In this document: positions 44,753 through 54,906 of the stretch, in pieces
Position numbering within the stretch: position 1 is the first letter of the stretch
How the letters are laid out: the number at the start of each line of letters is the position of its first letter
Origin: an uncultured bacterium
Lineage (GTDB): Bacteria; Patescibacteriota; Minisyncoccia; Phycocordibacterales; UBA6065
Direction: 5' to 3'
Assembly (NCBI GenBank): GCA_966243015.1
Contig: CBIMES010000002.1
Span: 48,518 to 112,517, forward strand
DNA length: 64,000 nucleotides
Position numbers and translations under genes: made by a program
The notes under the pieces: generated by a model
Databases searched by the model: none
What the model saw: only the letters and a program-made list of their open reading frames with translations
What the model was told of the DNA's origin: nothing

Positions 44753-45601
44753 TTATTTTATTCTGAACGACTCCCCATAAGACTCAAATCCTATGGTCCC
44801 CACTTCATCCGTTCGAAGCGCCTTTACGTCCAAGCGATCAAAAAGCGACACGACCTCGTCATTCGGATGGTGATACGAGTTGTCCTTACCCACCGAGAAA
44901 ATAACCCAGCGTGGATCAACCCCACGCACGAAAGATTCCGCAGAAGATGTGCGGGAGCCATGATGACCTGCCTTCAAGATATCGCTCCGGATGAGCGTAC
45001 CACCCAAAGAAAGAACAGAGCCCTCGGCAGCTTTGGGCGCATCGCCGGTAAGCATGACAGACGAACCCCCATAGACAAGACGGCCCATGATCGATGCGTC
45101 ATTCGGATCCTTGAGATCAGATACGTCCGCTATCGGAAACAGAATCTCAAATACCACACCGTCGCCAAAATCAACACGCATGCCGCGTCGGGCAATGACA
45201 GACCGAACCCCCTTCCCAGCGCGAATGCGACGAATCTCGTCATCGATAGCATTGGACGATTCAATACCCGGCTCCATAAAAACACCGACCGAATAGCGAT
45301 TGAGAACGGGAGGAAAGCCACCGATATGATCAGCATCAGGATGGGTCTCTACCAATATATCGATATGACGATCGTCCCACGGCATGACCTCAGATAACCT
45401 GCGCAGCACGCCGACCGACCTGCCGCCGTCGACAAGCATATCGCGGCCGGACGGGGTGCGAACGTATATTGCGTCACCCTGACCAACATCGAGAAAGAAG
45501 ACATCAAGCGGACGAGGTGAAACGGCGGCGTGAAACGCAATGAATGAGACAGTACACACCATGCATGAAACGATAAGAGTGAAACGTCGAAACCGTTGCA
45601 T
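44753..45601 (-). CDS. ComEC/Rec2-associated MBL-fold domain protein
   Basis: LDVGQGDA, THPDADHIGG, LTGDA, GHHGS, N.YHHP, RTD..G. Confidence 0.92.
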   Translation of the reverse strand: MQRFRRFTLIVSCMVCTVSFIAFHAAVSPRPLDVFFLDVGQGDAIYVRTPSGRDMLVDGGRSVGVLRRLSEVMPWDDRHIDILVETHPDADHIGGFPPVLNRYSVGVFMEPGIESSNAIDDEIRRIRAGKGVRSVIARRGMRVDFGDGVVFEILFPIADVSDLKDPNDASIMGRLVYGGSSVMLTGDAPKAAEGSVLSLGGTLIRSDILKAGHHGSRTSSAESFVRGVDPRWVIFSVGKDNSYHHPNDEVVSLFDRLDVKALRTDEVGTIGFESYGESFRIK

Positions 45602-45683
45602 CAGGCCATGATTGCATGCGGGTGATAAAGAGCCCATCAATGTATAATGAAATCATTATCAAATCACTCACAGAAACACATAT

Positions 45684-46292
45684 ATGAAGAAGTTTGAAGA
45701 AAAGACATTCAACATACCCTCACTCAAAGGAATATCCGCGGGAAACATCGAGGAGCACCTCAAGCTCTACTCGGGCTACGTAAAGCACGCGAATCTCATC
45801 ATCGAGAAAATCGCGGAACTCACCGCCACCGCCGAAAGCGCCGACAAGAATGCTTACGCAATTAACGAGATGCAGCGACGGTTCGGCTTCGAGTTCGACG
45901 GCATGCGCAACCACGAGTACTATTTTGCGCACCTCGAGGGTGGGGCCCAGACACTTGCCGACGGAAGCTCGCTCAAGGCGGCTATCGAGTCTGAATGGGG
46001 CTCGTTCGACGGATGGCTCGCCCGCTTCAAGGCCCTCGCCCTCACCCGAGGAATCGGCTGGGCAATCCTCTACTACGACGCACACAGCGATCGCCTTGTG
46101 AACGCCTGGATCGACGAGCAGCATCTTGGCCACCTCACGGGCCTCAAACCCGTTCTCGCTCTCGACGTCTGGGAACACTCGTTCGTGGCCGACTATAAGC
46201 CATCGGGCAAGAAGGCATACGTCGAGGACTTCTTCGCGAACCTTAACTGGTCAACTGCCGAGAAGAATTTCTCCGACGCCAGCGGACGATAA
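45684..46292 (+). CDS. Fe/Mn superoxide dismutase family protein
   Basis: EHLKLY.GYV, NHEYYF, GWAIL, LDVWEH. Confidence 0.9.
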   Translation: MKKFEEKTFNIPSLKGISAGNIEEHLKLYSGYVKHANLIIEKIAELTATAESADKNAYAINEMQRRFGFEFDGMRNHEYYFAHLEGGAQTLADGSSLKAAIESEWGSFDGWLARFKALALTRGIGWAILYYDAHSDRLVNAWIDEQHLGHLTGLKPVLALDVWEHSFVADYKPSGKKAYVEDFFANLNWSTAEKNFSDASGR

Positions 46293-47727
46293 AATAGACA
46301 TAGGACGCATAAGCGAGTACAAGCAGAGGCTCTCCGATGGAGAGCCTTATTGCTGCAAACGGCAGTGGGCCAAAATACGCGACGACCTCGAGCATATAGG
46401 AGATAAGCAAGCTCGTCGCCATGACGAACGGCATCGCCAGGGACGCGCTCGCGAAACCCATCATACCGACAAGGAAACCGCCGAGCATGACCCAGGGCAC
46501 ACACGGTAGTACGAGGACATTCGTGACGAGCGAGATGATAGATATCTCGCCCATGGCATACAGAATAAAAGGCAGGGTAAATATCTGCGTCGCGACAGTC
46601 GTCACAAGAATCTCGCGTAGGCCAAATCTCTCGGGAACCCATGTCATCCACTCGGCCACGATAGGTGACACATAGATAAGCGCGAGCGTCGCGAGAAAGC
46701 TCAACTGGAATCCAATGTCGAACGCAAGAATGCGCGGATTCTGTAACACCATGATGAAGGCGGCGCAGGTAAGCGCTCGAACCACGTCGTATCTCCTGCC
46801 CACGCCACGCACCAAAATAACAACGAGCGTCATGACCGACGCACGAATCGTCGTCGAAGAAGCGCCTGTCATGAGGGCAAAGAGCACGATCGAGACAGCG
46901 CCCGCACCGAGACCAAGAGAGCGTGGAAGAAACGAGAAAGCCCTCACCAGACTCTCGGCGACAACGGACACATTCGACCCCGAAAGCACGAGAATATGCG
47001 TGAGACCCGACCTGCGAAAGTCATCACTCACATCCTGGGGCAGAGACCCTTTCTCGCCCAAGAGAATGCCCGCGACAAGAGACGCATGCGGCTCGGGCAT
47101 GGTCACCTCGATGTTTTCCATGAACGCTGACTTGAGGGTAATGAGGGCACTGACAAGCGTGTTGCCTTGGGAACGAGCAAGGATCTCGACCCTCGCCCTC
47201 TTCATCACGTACCTCACGTCGTCTTTGGCGAGATATGACACGTAATCAAACTCGGGCCCTCCTTCGTAGGTGAAGAAATTCTCGGGAAGCTCGAGTGTCG
47301 CCTCGACGCGCAGGCGATCTCCATACGCATATTCGGGATACCTGTCAGTCGACACGGACACCCGATCAATACTGCCATCAGGCTGGAAGCAGAATCTCTG
47401 CGTCACCTCCTTCATTTCCGGTTCGGCGCAGACAACTCCCTCGAGCACGACCGTGAAGCCAAGAGAAGGGTCGAGAACATGGTCGTGGATACCGGCCGCA
47501 GAGATTCTCTCCATGCCAAACGCGCAGATAAAAATCGAGCACACAATCGTGAACACCGCAGGAGGGGCCGATCGACAACCAACACGTACCCATCGTGCGT
47601 ACGCATACAAGAAAGCACAAACTGACATAAACCCCATGCAAACAGAACGGGGCACAGGCACGTGTGACGCGAAAAGCGTGCCCATGAAAAACGAGAGGGT
47701 TAGGGAATAGAATAAGGGACCTTTCAT
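46243..47727 (-). CDS. comEC: ComEC competence channel (DUF4131 + Competence domain)
   Basis: GL.HILVLSG.NV, RASVM, GFQLSFLA. Confidence 0.9.
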   Translation of the reverse strand: MKGPLFYSLTLSFFMGTLFASHVPVPRSVCMGFMSVCAFLYAYARWVRVGCRSAPPAVFTIVCSIFICAFGMERISAAGIHDHVLDPSLGFTVVLEGVVCAEPEMKEVTQRFCFQPDGSIDRVSVSTDRYPEYAYGDRLRVEATLELPENFFTYEGGPEFDYVSYLAKDDVRYVMKRARVEILARSQGNTLVSALITLKSAFMENIEVTMPEPHASLVAGILLGEKGSLPQDVSDDFRRSGLTHILVLSGSNVSVVAESLVRAFSFLPRSLGLGAGAVSIVLFALMTGASSTTIRASVMTLVVILVRGVGRRYDVVRALTCAAFIMVLQNPRILAFDIGFQLSFLATLALIYVSPIVAEWMTWVPERFGLREILVTTVATQIFTLPFILYAMGEISIISLVTNVLVLPCVPWVMLGGFLVGMMGFASASLAMPFVMATSLLISYMLEVVAYFGPLPFAAIRLSIGEPLLVLAYASYVYFIVRWRRRNSSRQLTS

Positions 47728-47774
47728 AGCCCCTTACGCTACCCGACAGAGAGTGAAACCAAGCTCAAGATTAT

Positions 47775-48482
47775 TTAAAATCCCCATGAACGAGCGATCT
47801 CGCGCTCATCCTCGGCGCTCACCGACTTCTTGAAGCGGGCGCCCCGCACGCCCTTCACCCGCGCCTCACACTCGGCCCAGGTCGCGTGCCGCTGGAACTT
47901 GCCGTCGACGACAGAGAGGTACGAGTATGCCTTCACCGACGACGATGACGACTTCTTTTTCTTCTGGGCTAAACCCGCGGCAGACGCGCGGACAGAGAGA
48001 TCGATTGTGTATGAAGAAGCATCGCCCACATAGAGGGCGGGCGGGTCCTGATCGGCAAAACCAGTCGCAATCTCGTCGCAGCGCTCGTTCCCAGGCACTC
48101 CGGCATGACCGTCGACATGATCCCAGGTAACCTTCAAACCCCTCGTGGCAGCGAGAAGACCCTCCCAAAGATCCTTATTGCCGACCTCCTGCTTGCCTGC
48201 GGTAATCCAGCCGTTACGTTGCCAACCCTTAACCCACGAGGTGATGCCTTGGATGACGTATTTGGAGTCGCAACGCACCGTGATGTCATCGGAGCTGTCG
48301 GCATACGCCCTCACCCAATCAAGGGCGCTGATGGCGGCCATCAGCTCCATCCTGTTGTTGGTCGTGCTTGCCTCCCGCCCGCCGAGCTCGACGACGCGAG
48401 AACCCGTCTGAATAACCGTGCCCCAGCCGCCCGGGCCGGGATTTCCTCGAGAAGAACCGTCGGTATAGATAAGCGTAGACAT
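47775..48482 (-). CDS. rnhA: Ribonuclease HI with C-terminal hybrid-binding (Cauli_VI-like) domain
   Basis: YTDGSSRGNPGPGG, TTNNRMEL, DSKY, GHAG..GNERCD; C-terminal TWAECEARVKG..GARFKK. Confidence 0.92.
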   Translation of the reverse strand: MSTLIYTDGSSRGNPGPGGWGTVIQTGSRVVELGGREASTTNNRMELMAAISALDWVRAYADSSDDITVRCDSKYVIQGITSWVKGWQRNGWITAGKQEVGNKDLWEGLLAATRGLKVTWDHVDGHAGVPGNERCDEIATGFADQDPPALYVGDASSYTIDLSVRASAAGLAQKKKKSSSSSVKAYSYLSVVDGKFQRHATWAECEARVKGVRGARFKKSVSAEDEREIARSWGF

Positions 48483-48485
48483 GAC

Positions 48486-50165
48486 CTAGAGTATATCAAC
48501 AATTCTCAATCTGAGTTCGGGATAGCTCTTGAACATTGATTTCTCGAGATGAACGGCGACGTCGATAATCGCCTGTGGCACGACGTGCTTCGGCAGCATA
48601 TCCTTCGTCAGAAAGAACTGGATGGCGGTGAGCTTTCGGCCTTTCCTGTCGAGGAAGGTGATCTCCGTGTGATTACCCTCCTTGCCGAACTGCTTCACCC
48701 CGTCGACCGTCGCTCCCTTGATGAGAAATACGGGGCGCTCGTTGCCTGTGCCGAACGGCGAGAGCCTCTCTATGTCCTTATACAGATCCCAGACCACCTC
48801 GTCGACGGATATAAGGGCGTCTGCGTACTTGATAATCTCTTTGTTCGTGTGGTCGAGGGACGCCCACGCCTTCTCGAGCGCATCCTCGAGATAATGCACC
48901 GCGTCCTCCTTCACCTCGAACCCGCCCGAGGCCGCGTGGCCGCCGTAACCAATAAATGAGTCAGCGGCTTTCTCCATGATCGAGAACACGCTCGCGTTCC
49001 CCGCATTGCCCGAGCGACACGATCCCTTGATGACGCCCTCGCCGTCCCTGCCCCAGAGAAACGCGGGCATACCGTACTCCTCGGCAAGCGTGTTGGCAAC
49101 GAGACCCATGAGCGACGGTCTCCACGTCGGATTGCCGAGCACAATAACGTGACGGTTTTCCATATCGCGCTCTGACAGAATCTTTCTCGCCTCCTTCACA
49201 AGAGCAGCCACGGTTCCCTTTCGTTCGGCATTCACCGCCTCAAGCTTGTCGGCGCACTTCGCGCCCACTTCACGATCATCAGTCGAGAGCAGAAGAAAGG
49301 CATGCTCAGGCTCGCCCATACGCGACGCGGCATTGATGCGGGGCGAGATGGTGAAGCCGATGTCATCCTCAGTGAGATGCTCTGGCTTAACGCGCAGCCT
49401 AAAGAAAAGTTCGAGTAGACCAGGGCGTTTGGTCATGCGCAAAACCTTCAAACCATAATGAGCGAAAATGCGGTTCTCGCCCGTGAGCGGCACCATGTCA
49501 GAAAGCGTGGCGATACCCACCATGTCGAGCCACCACTTCTCCCAGCCAACGGGAACCCTGAACTCCTCGCCATGCCTCTTGAGAAACGCTTGGGCGAACT
49601 TGAAAATCACGCCCGAACCGCAAAGCATCTTCTCGGGATAGGCGCAGCCCTCCATCTTTGGGTTGAGAATGGCGTAGGCATCGGGAACCGTGCCGTGCGG
49701 CATATGATGATCAGTAATGATGAGATCCATGCCAAGCTCCTTGGCGCGGGCCGCCTCCTCGATATCGGCGATGCCGCAATCAATAGTGATGATGAGTGAC
49801 GCGCCCTTTTCCTTGAAACCATCAATCGCCTTCATGTTGAGGCCGAAGCCCTCGTCGTGACGATGCGGTATATAGTTCTCGAAATTGGTGTAGCCGATTT
49901 TCTTGAGAAGATCGTGAAGGACAACTGCCCCCGGAATGCCGTCAGCGTCATAGTCGCTGAAGACGACGATTTTCTCCCCCGCCTTCACGGCCCGATAGAC
50001 GCGATCGACGGCCCTGTCCATGTCCTTCATGAGGAACGGGTCGTGAATTTGCGCGTCGTAATTAGGCGAGAGGAAGGACTCAATGGCCTTCTCGTCCTGA
50101 ATGCCGCGATGGTAGAGGAGACCCGAGACAATGTCCCCCTTTTTCTCTCGGACGGTGTAATGCAT
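48486..50165 (-). CDS. recJ: Single-stranded-DNA exonuclease RecJ
   Basis: DYDADG, TDHH, PRINAASR, GSCRS, GGHAASGG. Confidence 0.95.
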   Translation of the reverse strand: MHYTVREKKGDIVSGLLYHRGIQDEKAIESFLSPNYDAQIHDPFLMKDMDRAVDRVYRAVKAGEKIVVFSDYDADGIPGAVVLHDLLKKIGYTNFENYIPHRHDEGFGLNMKAIDGFKEKGASLIITIDCGIADIEEAARAKELGMDLIITDHHMPHGTVPDAYAILNPKMEGCAYPEKMLCGSGVIFKFAQAFLKRHGEEFRVPVGWEKWWLDMVGIATLSDMVPLTGENRIFAHYGLKVLRMTKRPGLLELFFRLRVKPEHLTEDDIGFTISPRINAASRMGEPEHAFLLLSTDDREVGAKCADKLEAVNAERKGTVAALVKEARKILSERDMENRHVIVLGNPTWRPSLMGLVANTLAEEYGMPAFLWGRDGEGVIKGSCRSGNAGNASVFSIMEKAADSFIGYGGHAASGGFEVKEDAVHYLEDALEKAWASLDHTNKEIIKYADALISVDEVVWDLYKDIERLSPFGTGNERPVFLIKGATVDGVKQFGKEGNHTEITFLDRKGRKLTAIQFFLTKDMLPKHVVPQAIIDVAVHLEKSMFKSYPELRLRIVDIL

Positions 50166-50216
50166 GGCAGGTATTTTATCATGCGCCCGCCCTTGATTTC
50201 GTGATATTCTTTCCGT

Positions 50217-50582
50217 ATGGAAAACTGCATATTCTGCAAGATAGTGGTCGGAGAAATCCCCTGCCACAAGATATACGAGGACGGCGATTTCCTCGCCTTT
50301 CTCGATATCAGGCCGCTTTCAGCGGGTCATACCCTCGTCATACCAAAAACCCATCATCGCTGGGTGTGGGACGTGCCAAATGCAGGCGCATATTTCGAGA
50401 TAGCCAAGAAGATCGCGCTCGCCCAGAAGAAGGCCTTCGGCACCGACGAAGTGTTCTCGAAGGTATTCGGCGAGGAGGTTCCCCACGCGCATATCTGGGT
50501 GTATCAGAATCCGGCGATATCGAAGCTCGATGCGAAGGATTTTGAGGCTCATGCAGAAGCAATCAAAGCAGCACTTGTGTAG
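50217..50582 (+). CDS. HIT-family nucleotide hydrolase
   Basis: CIFCKI, GHTLVIPK, VPHAHIW (third His replaced by Trp). Confidence 0.9.
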   Translation: MENCIFCKIVVGEIPCHKIYEDGDFLAFLDIRPLSAGHTLVIPKTHHRWVWDVPNAGAYFEIAKKIALAQKKAFGTDEVFSKVFGEEVPHAHIWVYQNPAISKLDAKDFEAHAEAIKAALV

Positions 50583-50681
50583 ACAAGTGACTCGGCTCAC
50601 ATTCACACAGTCGACATCAATAAATATTAAACGGCTCACCGTAGTGAGCCGTTTAATATGGCCTTGTTAAGGCTTTATATC

Positions 50682-51413
50682 CTAGGAGCAAGCGCAGTAG
50701 TCATTGCCCGATCCAGAGCACACAGACACGGCGGCGGGATTCGGGATGCAGCTGATGAAACCCGGCTCGACAAAACAAGGACCGCTCGGACCCGTAAACT
50801 TCCAAGGGCACACGCTTCCGTACATGCCGTTTCCTCCGCCGCACTCTGGCCTTCCGTACGTTGTGCAGAAACTAACCGTACCCATCGGATAGGAGAAATA
50901 GACAGCATTCGGATCAGTGTAAGGAGTTGAGGTGGTATATGAAGATATGCAGGTGGTATACGGCTGTTGAACAGGCATAATCGCACAGCTGTTCTTCGAG
51001 GCCTGGGCCTGACCCGTGACGAGAGAGGCTCCGAACGCGGACTGATCGGCGGACGAGTCGGCGTAGTACACGTAGGAATCATCCTTGCTGTCAGGGATAG
51101 CGGAGATGTATCCCCCGCTCACGAGCTCCTGCATGCTCGCATTGAAAGCCTGGGTACCCTCAAGTGCGATTGAGTCTCCCGTGCCACCCGCACAATAATT
51201 GCCGCCACAGTTGTAATTGCGTGGCACCTTTCCCGTGGCGCTCTTCTTGATACTGATCGCCGTCTCGACCTGGTGAACCTGTGACTTCTTGTTTGCGTCG
51301 CTGGCCTTGGCACGCGCCGAGGCGGTCGAGTACATGGTAACGCTCGAAACAAGGGACACGATCGATACTACGACCAAGAGCTCAATAAGAGTGAAGCCGC
51401 GCCTGAGAAACAT
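50682..51413 (-). CDS. Type IV pilin-like protein with Cys-rich C-terminus
   Basis: RGFTLIELLVVVSIV; many Cys residues, ending CACS. Confidence 0.85.
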   Translation of the reverse strand: MFLRRGFTLIELLVVVSIVSLVSSVTMYSTASARAKASDANKKSQVHQVETAISIKKSATGKVPRNYNCGGNYCAGGTGDSIALEGTQAFNASMQELVSGGYISAIPDSKDDSYVYYADSSADQSAFGASLVTGQAQASKNSCAIMPVQQPYTTCISSYTTSTPYTDPNAVYFSYPMGTVSFCTTYGRPECGGGNGMYGSVCPWKFTGPSGPCFVEPGFISCIPNPAAVSVCSGSGNDYCACS

Positions 51414-51423
51414 GTATGTGAAA

Positions 51424-52551
51424 TTATCGCTTTAATACCTCAATGCCAGGGAGCGTGCCGTCCGCAAGAAACTGAAGCATGGCGCCGCCGCCCGTCGAGA
51501 CGAAGGAGAACTTGTCGAGAAGGTCTGCCTTCGAGACAACGGCGATGGTGTCTCCACCACCGATAATGGTCTTTACGCCACTTTCGACAAGGGCCTTGGC
51601 GAGACCCTCGGTTCCCTCGGAGAAACCGTGCTCGTAATCGCCGAGAGGGCCGTTCCAGAGAACGAACTGCGCGTCAGTGAGGATGTCAGAGAGTTCGCCA
51701 ATGGTCTTTGGGCCAGCGTCCATGATCTTGTCATCAGGACTAATACCCTCGGCACCCTTCACCTCGCGTGCGGACACGCTTGCCGCAACGACGTCAGTCG
51801 GAACAATGAGGCGAGGATTCGCCTCGATATGCTTGAGGTTCACGTGAACCTTGGAAACCATGGACTGACCGATCTCGTAGCCCTTCTCCTTGAAAATGTC
51901 GTTCGAGAGCGCCCCTCCGACGAACACATAGTCGGCGATGCCAAGGAACTTCTCGATGAGAGGAAGCTTGGTATCGAACTTCGCGCCGCCGAGCACAAAG
52001 AGAAACGGATGCGGAGGGTTGAACGCCTGCGAAAGCTGCTCAATCTCCTGCGCCATGAGGAATCCGGCAAAGGCCGGGAGGAGCTTTGGCACAGACACGA
52101 CCGAAGCGTGGGCTCGATGCGACACGGCAAAGGCATCGTTCACGTAGATATCGGCAAGGCTCGCGAGCTTCGAGGCGAACACGGGATTATTCTCTTTCTC
52201 GCCCGGATTGAGACGCAGATTCTCGAGCATGACAATCTCCCCTTCTGCCAGAGAGGAAACCACGCTTGGAGCGTCATCGAGATTCGAGATGAACGCCTTA
52301 ACAGGGACGAACTGCTGCAAATACGTGGCGACACGAGCAAGGGTCTTCACCGACTCGCTTTCGAGGTGGCTCATAATGATGACTCTCGCACCAGCCTCCC
52401 TGAGGAAGCGAAGCGTCTGAAGAGATCGCTGAATGCGGAAATCGTCGCGAACCTCACCCTCGACGATCGGAACATTGAAATCGAGGCGAAGCAGCACGCG
52501 CTTGCCGCGAAGGTCCTTCTCGTCAGCGATTTTCTTAATTTCCGTTGGCAT
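51424..52551 (-). CDS. pgk: Phosphoglycerate kinase
   Basis: RLDFNVP, LENLR, NDAF..SHRAHAS, STGGGA. Confidence 0.96.
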   Translation of the reverse strand: MPTEIKKIADEKDLRGKRVLLRLDFNVPIVEGEVRDDFRIQRSLQTLRFLREAGARVIIMSHLESESVKTLARVATYLQQFVPVKAFISNLDDAPSVVSSLAEGEIVMLENLRLNPGEKENNPVFASKLASLADIYVNDAFAVSHRAHASVVSVPKLLPAFAGFLMAQEIEQLSQAFNPPHPFLFVLGGAKFDTKLPLIEKFLGIADYVFVGGALSNDIFKEKGYEIGQSMVSKVHVNLKHIEANPRLIVPTDVVAASVSAREVKGAEGISPDDKIMDAGPKTIGELSDILTDAQFVLWNGPLGDYEHGFSEGTEGLAKALVESGVKTIIGGGDTIAVVSKADLLDKFSFVSTGGGAMLQFLADGTLPGIEVLKR

Positions 52552-53308
52552 AGGTGATGATGTTACCGAACCCCTCGATGTCGAGGCTCTGTCGGCCGAT
52601 AAGAAGGCCGCTCACCTCCCCATCCGAGAGAATCTTCTGGGCATTCTCGAAATTGACCGAACCGCCGTAGAGCACAGGAGTCCTCAGACCCTCCTGCTTG
52701 CCCGCCGCCTCGGCGACGATTTTCTTTATATAGATGCACATCTCGTGAATATCGACCGGCGAGAGAGCCGTGTCATAGCTTTTGCCGATCGCCCAGACGG
52801 GCTCGTAGGCAATGGTTATCGATCGGAGGTGCTTCTTGTCGATGAGGGCGATGGCGGCCAGCACCTGCTCTCGCACCGTACGGAGGTAATGCGCGTGATT
52901 GTCGCGCTCCTTCTCGCCGACGCAGAGAATGACGCCGAGGCCGGCGGCGACGGCCATCTTCACCTTCTCGGCAATAACAGCGTCCGTGTCCCCTGCCGCC
53001 CGTCGCTCGCTGTGGCCGATGATCGCCCACTCAGCGCCGGCGCTCGCTACCTGAGAGGCGCTGACTGCGCCCGTGAACGAGCCTCGATCGCGATGATCTA
53101 CGTCCTGGGCGCCGAACGAAATGGCCTTTTCCCTGCCACGAGAGACGCCCTCGATGAACGGGGCCGGAGGACAGACGATAACCGAGACTTTCGGCGACTT
53201 CTGGGCGACACGCTCGACCGCCGAAGCAAGCTTTTTAGCATCTTCCAGGGTATCAGGATTCATCTTCCAGTTTCCGACAATGGTGAACTTCTTCTTGGCT
53301 GATTTCAT
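52535..53308 (-). CDS. tpiA: Triosephosphate isomerase
   Basis: GNWKMN, GHSERR, AYEPVWAIG, YGGSV. Confidence 0.97.
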   Translation of the reverse strand: MKSAKKKFTIVGNWKMNPDTLEDAKKLASAVERVAQKSPKVSVIVCPPAPFIEGVSRGREKAISFGAQDVDHRDRGSFTGAVSASQVASAGAEWAIIGHSERRAAGDTDAVIAEKVKMAVAAGLGVILCVGEKERDNHAHYLRTVREQVLAAIALIDKKHLRSITIAYEPVWAIGKSYDTALSPVDIHEMCIYIKKIVAEAAGKQEGLRTPVLYGGSVNFENAQKILSDGEVSGLLIGRQSLDIEGFGNIITYANGN

Positions 53309-53329
53309 GCAAGGAAGTATATCACCAAA

Positions 53330-54481
53330 TCAGTGGTGATGATGGTGGGAATGCGAGTGAGAGTGACCCTGGTGGGAAGAGGTCGATCCGGGCCTCACTA
53401 TAAGCAAAATCGAGATAATCGTGGTCACGGGAACCGCCAGAATGAGGCCAATAGAGCCCACAAGAGTTCGCATGATCTCGGTGGCCATTATCTCCCTGTT
53501 CAATATGGAAAGGATGTCGGCGCTTGATTGATAGAACAAGAGAAGAAGAGGCAGGGCTGCGCCCACATAGGCAATAGCAAGGGCGGTGACAAGGGCACCA
53601 ATGTGCTCACGGCCAATGCGCGTGGCCTTTTTGAAGATCTCCCGCCTGGTGAGATGGGGACCCGCGGCATGAAGCTCGTCGACGGCGACCGACTGACCGA
53701 TGGCACTGTCGTAGAGCACTCCCAGAAGGCCGATGATTATGGCGCCAAGAAGAAGGCCCGAGAGGTTAATCGCCCCGCCCGCATTGAGGTTGAGGTACAT
53801 GGCGTGCTCGTCTCCATAGCCCGTGAGCATTCCCCAGCGAACCGAGACATACGCCAGGACTCCCGTAATGATGACGGTAAAGATCATGCCGAGGACGGCA
53901 GAGGTGGTTGACCTGTTGATGCCGTGGGTAATGTACGAACCAACGAGAATGATAAGCGATGCCACCGCGATCGAGACGAAAATCGGCGAATATCCCGCAA
54001 GCACCGCCGGCAGGAGAACATAGATAATAAGGAGGACGCTTCCCGCAAGCGAGACGAGGCCGCGAATACCCTGCCATCCGCCAAAGGCAATAATCACGAG
54101 CAGGAACAGGGCCGTGAAGAAGATAAGTGACGGAGACCTGTCGGGTTCGCCAAACATATACAACTCCTGACCCTCTACCGTCTGAAGTCGATGGACGAAT
54201 ATCTTGTCACCCGCGTCGACGCGAACATAATCATTCTCGATCTCGACGCTCTTCCCCTTTGCCGCACCCTCGAGGATTTCGATGAGGAGTCTCTGATACG
54301 GAGCGGTGACCTTGGTGCCCGGAACGACACGATCCTCGTCCTCGCGCACGGACTCGACGCGAGCCCTCACGGTTTCCTGAACGTCCTGGTGAAGCTCCTG
54401 CGCTGACACGAAAGACGCGCCCCACATAACAAAGAGCGCGAGGATCGCCGCCGACGCCTTGATTATCGAGAGGTTACGCAT
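53330..54481 (-). CDS. YibE/F-family membrane protein with His-rich tail
   Basis: GLLGVLYD, IGREHIG, AYVGAALP, EIMRTLVGSIG; ends HQGHSHSHSHHHHH. Confidence 0.9.
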   Translation of the reverse strand: MRNLSIIKASAAILALFVMWGASFVSAQELHQDVQETVRARVESVREDEDRVVPGTKVTAPYQRLLIEILEGAAKGKSVEIENDYVRVDAGDKIFVHRLQTVEGQELYMFGEPDRSPSLIFFTALFLLVIIAFGGWQGIRGLVSLAGSVLLIIYVLLPAVLAGYSPIFVSIAVASLIILVGSYITHGINRSTTSAVLGMIFTVIITGVLAYVSVRWGMLTGYGDEHAMYLNLNAGGAINLSGLLLGAIIIGLLGVLYDSAIGQSVAVDELHAAGPHLTRREIFKKATRIGREHIGALVTALAIAYVGAALPLLLLFYQSSADILSILNREIMATEIMRTLVGSIGLILAVPVTTIISILLIVRPGSTSSHQGHSHSHSHHHHH

Positions 54482-54888
54482 GATGAGCAGGTTCCGAACA
54501 ACTCGAATGAGTGCTTCGAGATAGTCTTGAATTTCTTGGAGTTCTTGAGAATCTCATCGCCCAGGCGAGTGAACGCGCAGAGCTCAAATCCTTCGACGAG
54601 GCCGCAGCGGAGGCACACAATGTGATGATGGTGATCGTCGGCAAGCTCGTACGAAAGAGCGTCGGCGCCGAGGGAGAGAGACCTTACAATGTCGGCATCC
54701 TCAAATGACTTAAGCGTTCGGTACACCGTCACCGTATCAATGGACGAGTCCTTCTTGGAAAGCGCCTTGAGAAGGTCTTTGACGGTAAGAGGCTTGGGTG
54801 CCGAGCGCAAAGTCGATAGAACCAGCAGGCGCACAGGGGTGGCCTTGAGCTTTGCGTCATTGAGGAGCTTCTTGTCGTGAGTGTTCAT
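54463..54888 (-). CDS. Fur-family regulator (Zur-like)
   Basis: TVYRTL, HHHHIVCLRCG, C-terminal CSSC. Confidence 0.92.
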   Translation of the reverse strand: MNTHDKKLLNDAKLKATPVRLLVLSTLRSAPKPLTVKDLLKALSKKDSSIDTVTVYRTLKSFEDADIVRSLSLGADALSYELADDHHHHIVCLRCGLVEGFELCAFTRLGDEILKNSKKFKTISKHSFELFGTCSSCVTSR

Positions 54889-54906
54889 GCGTCCATGCTA
54901 TCCCAG

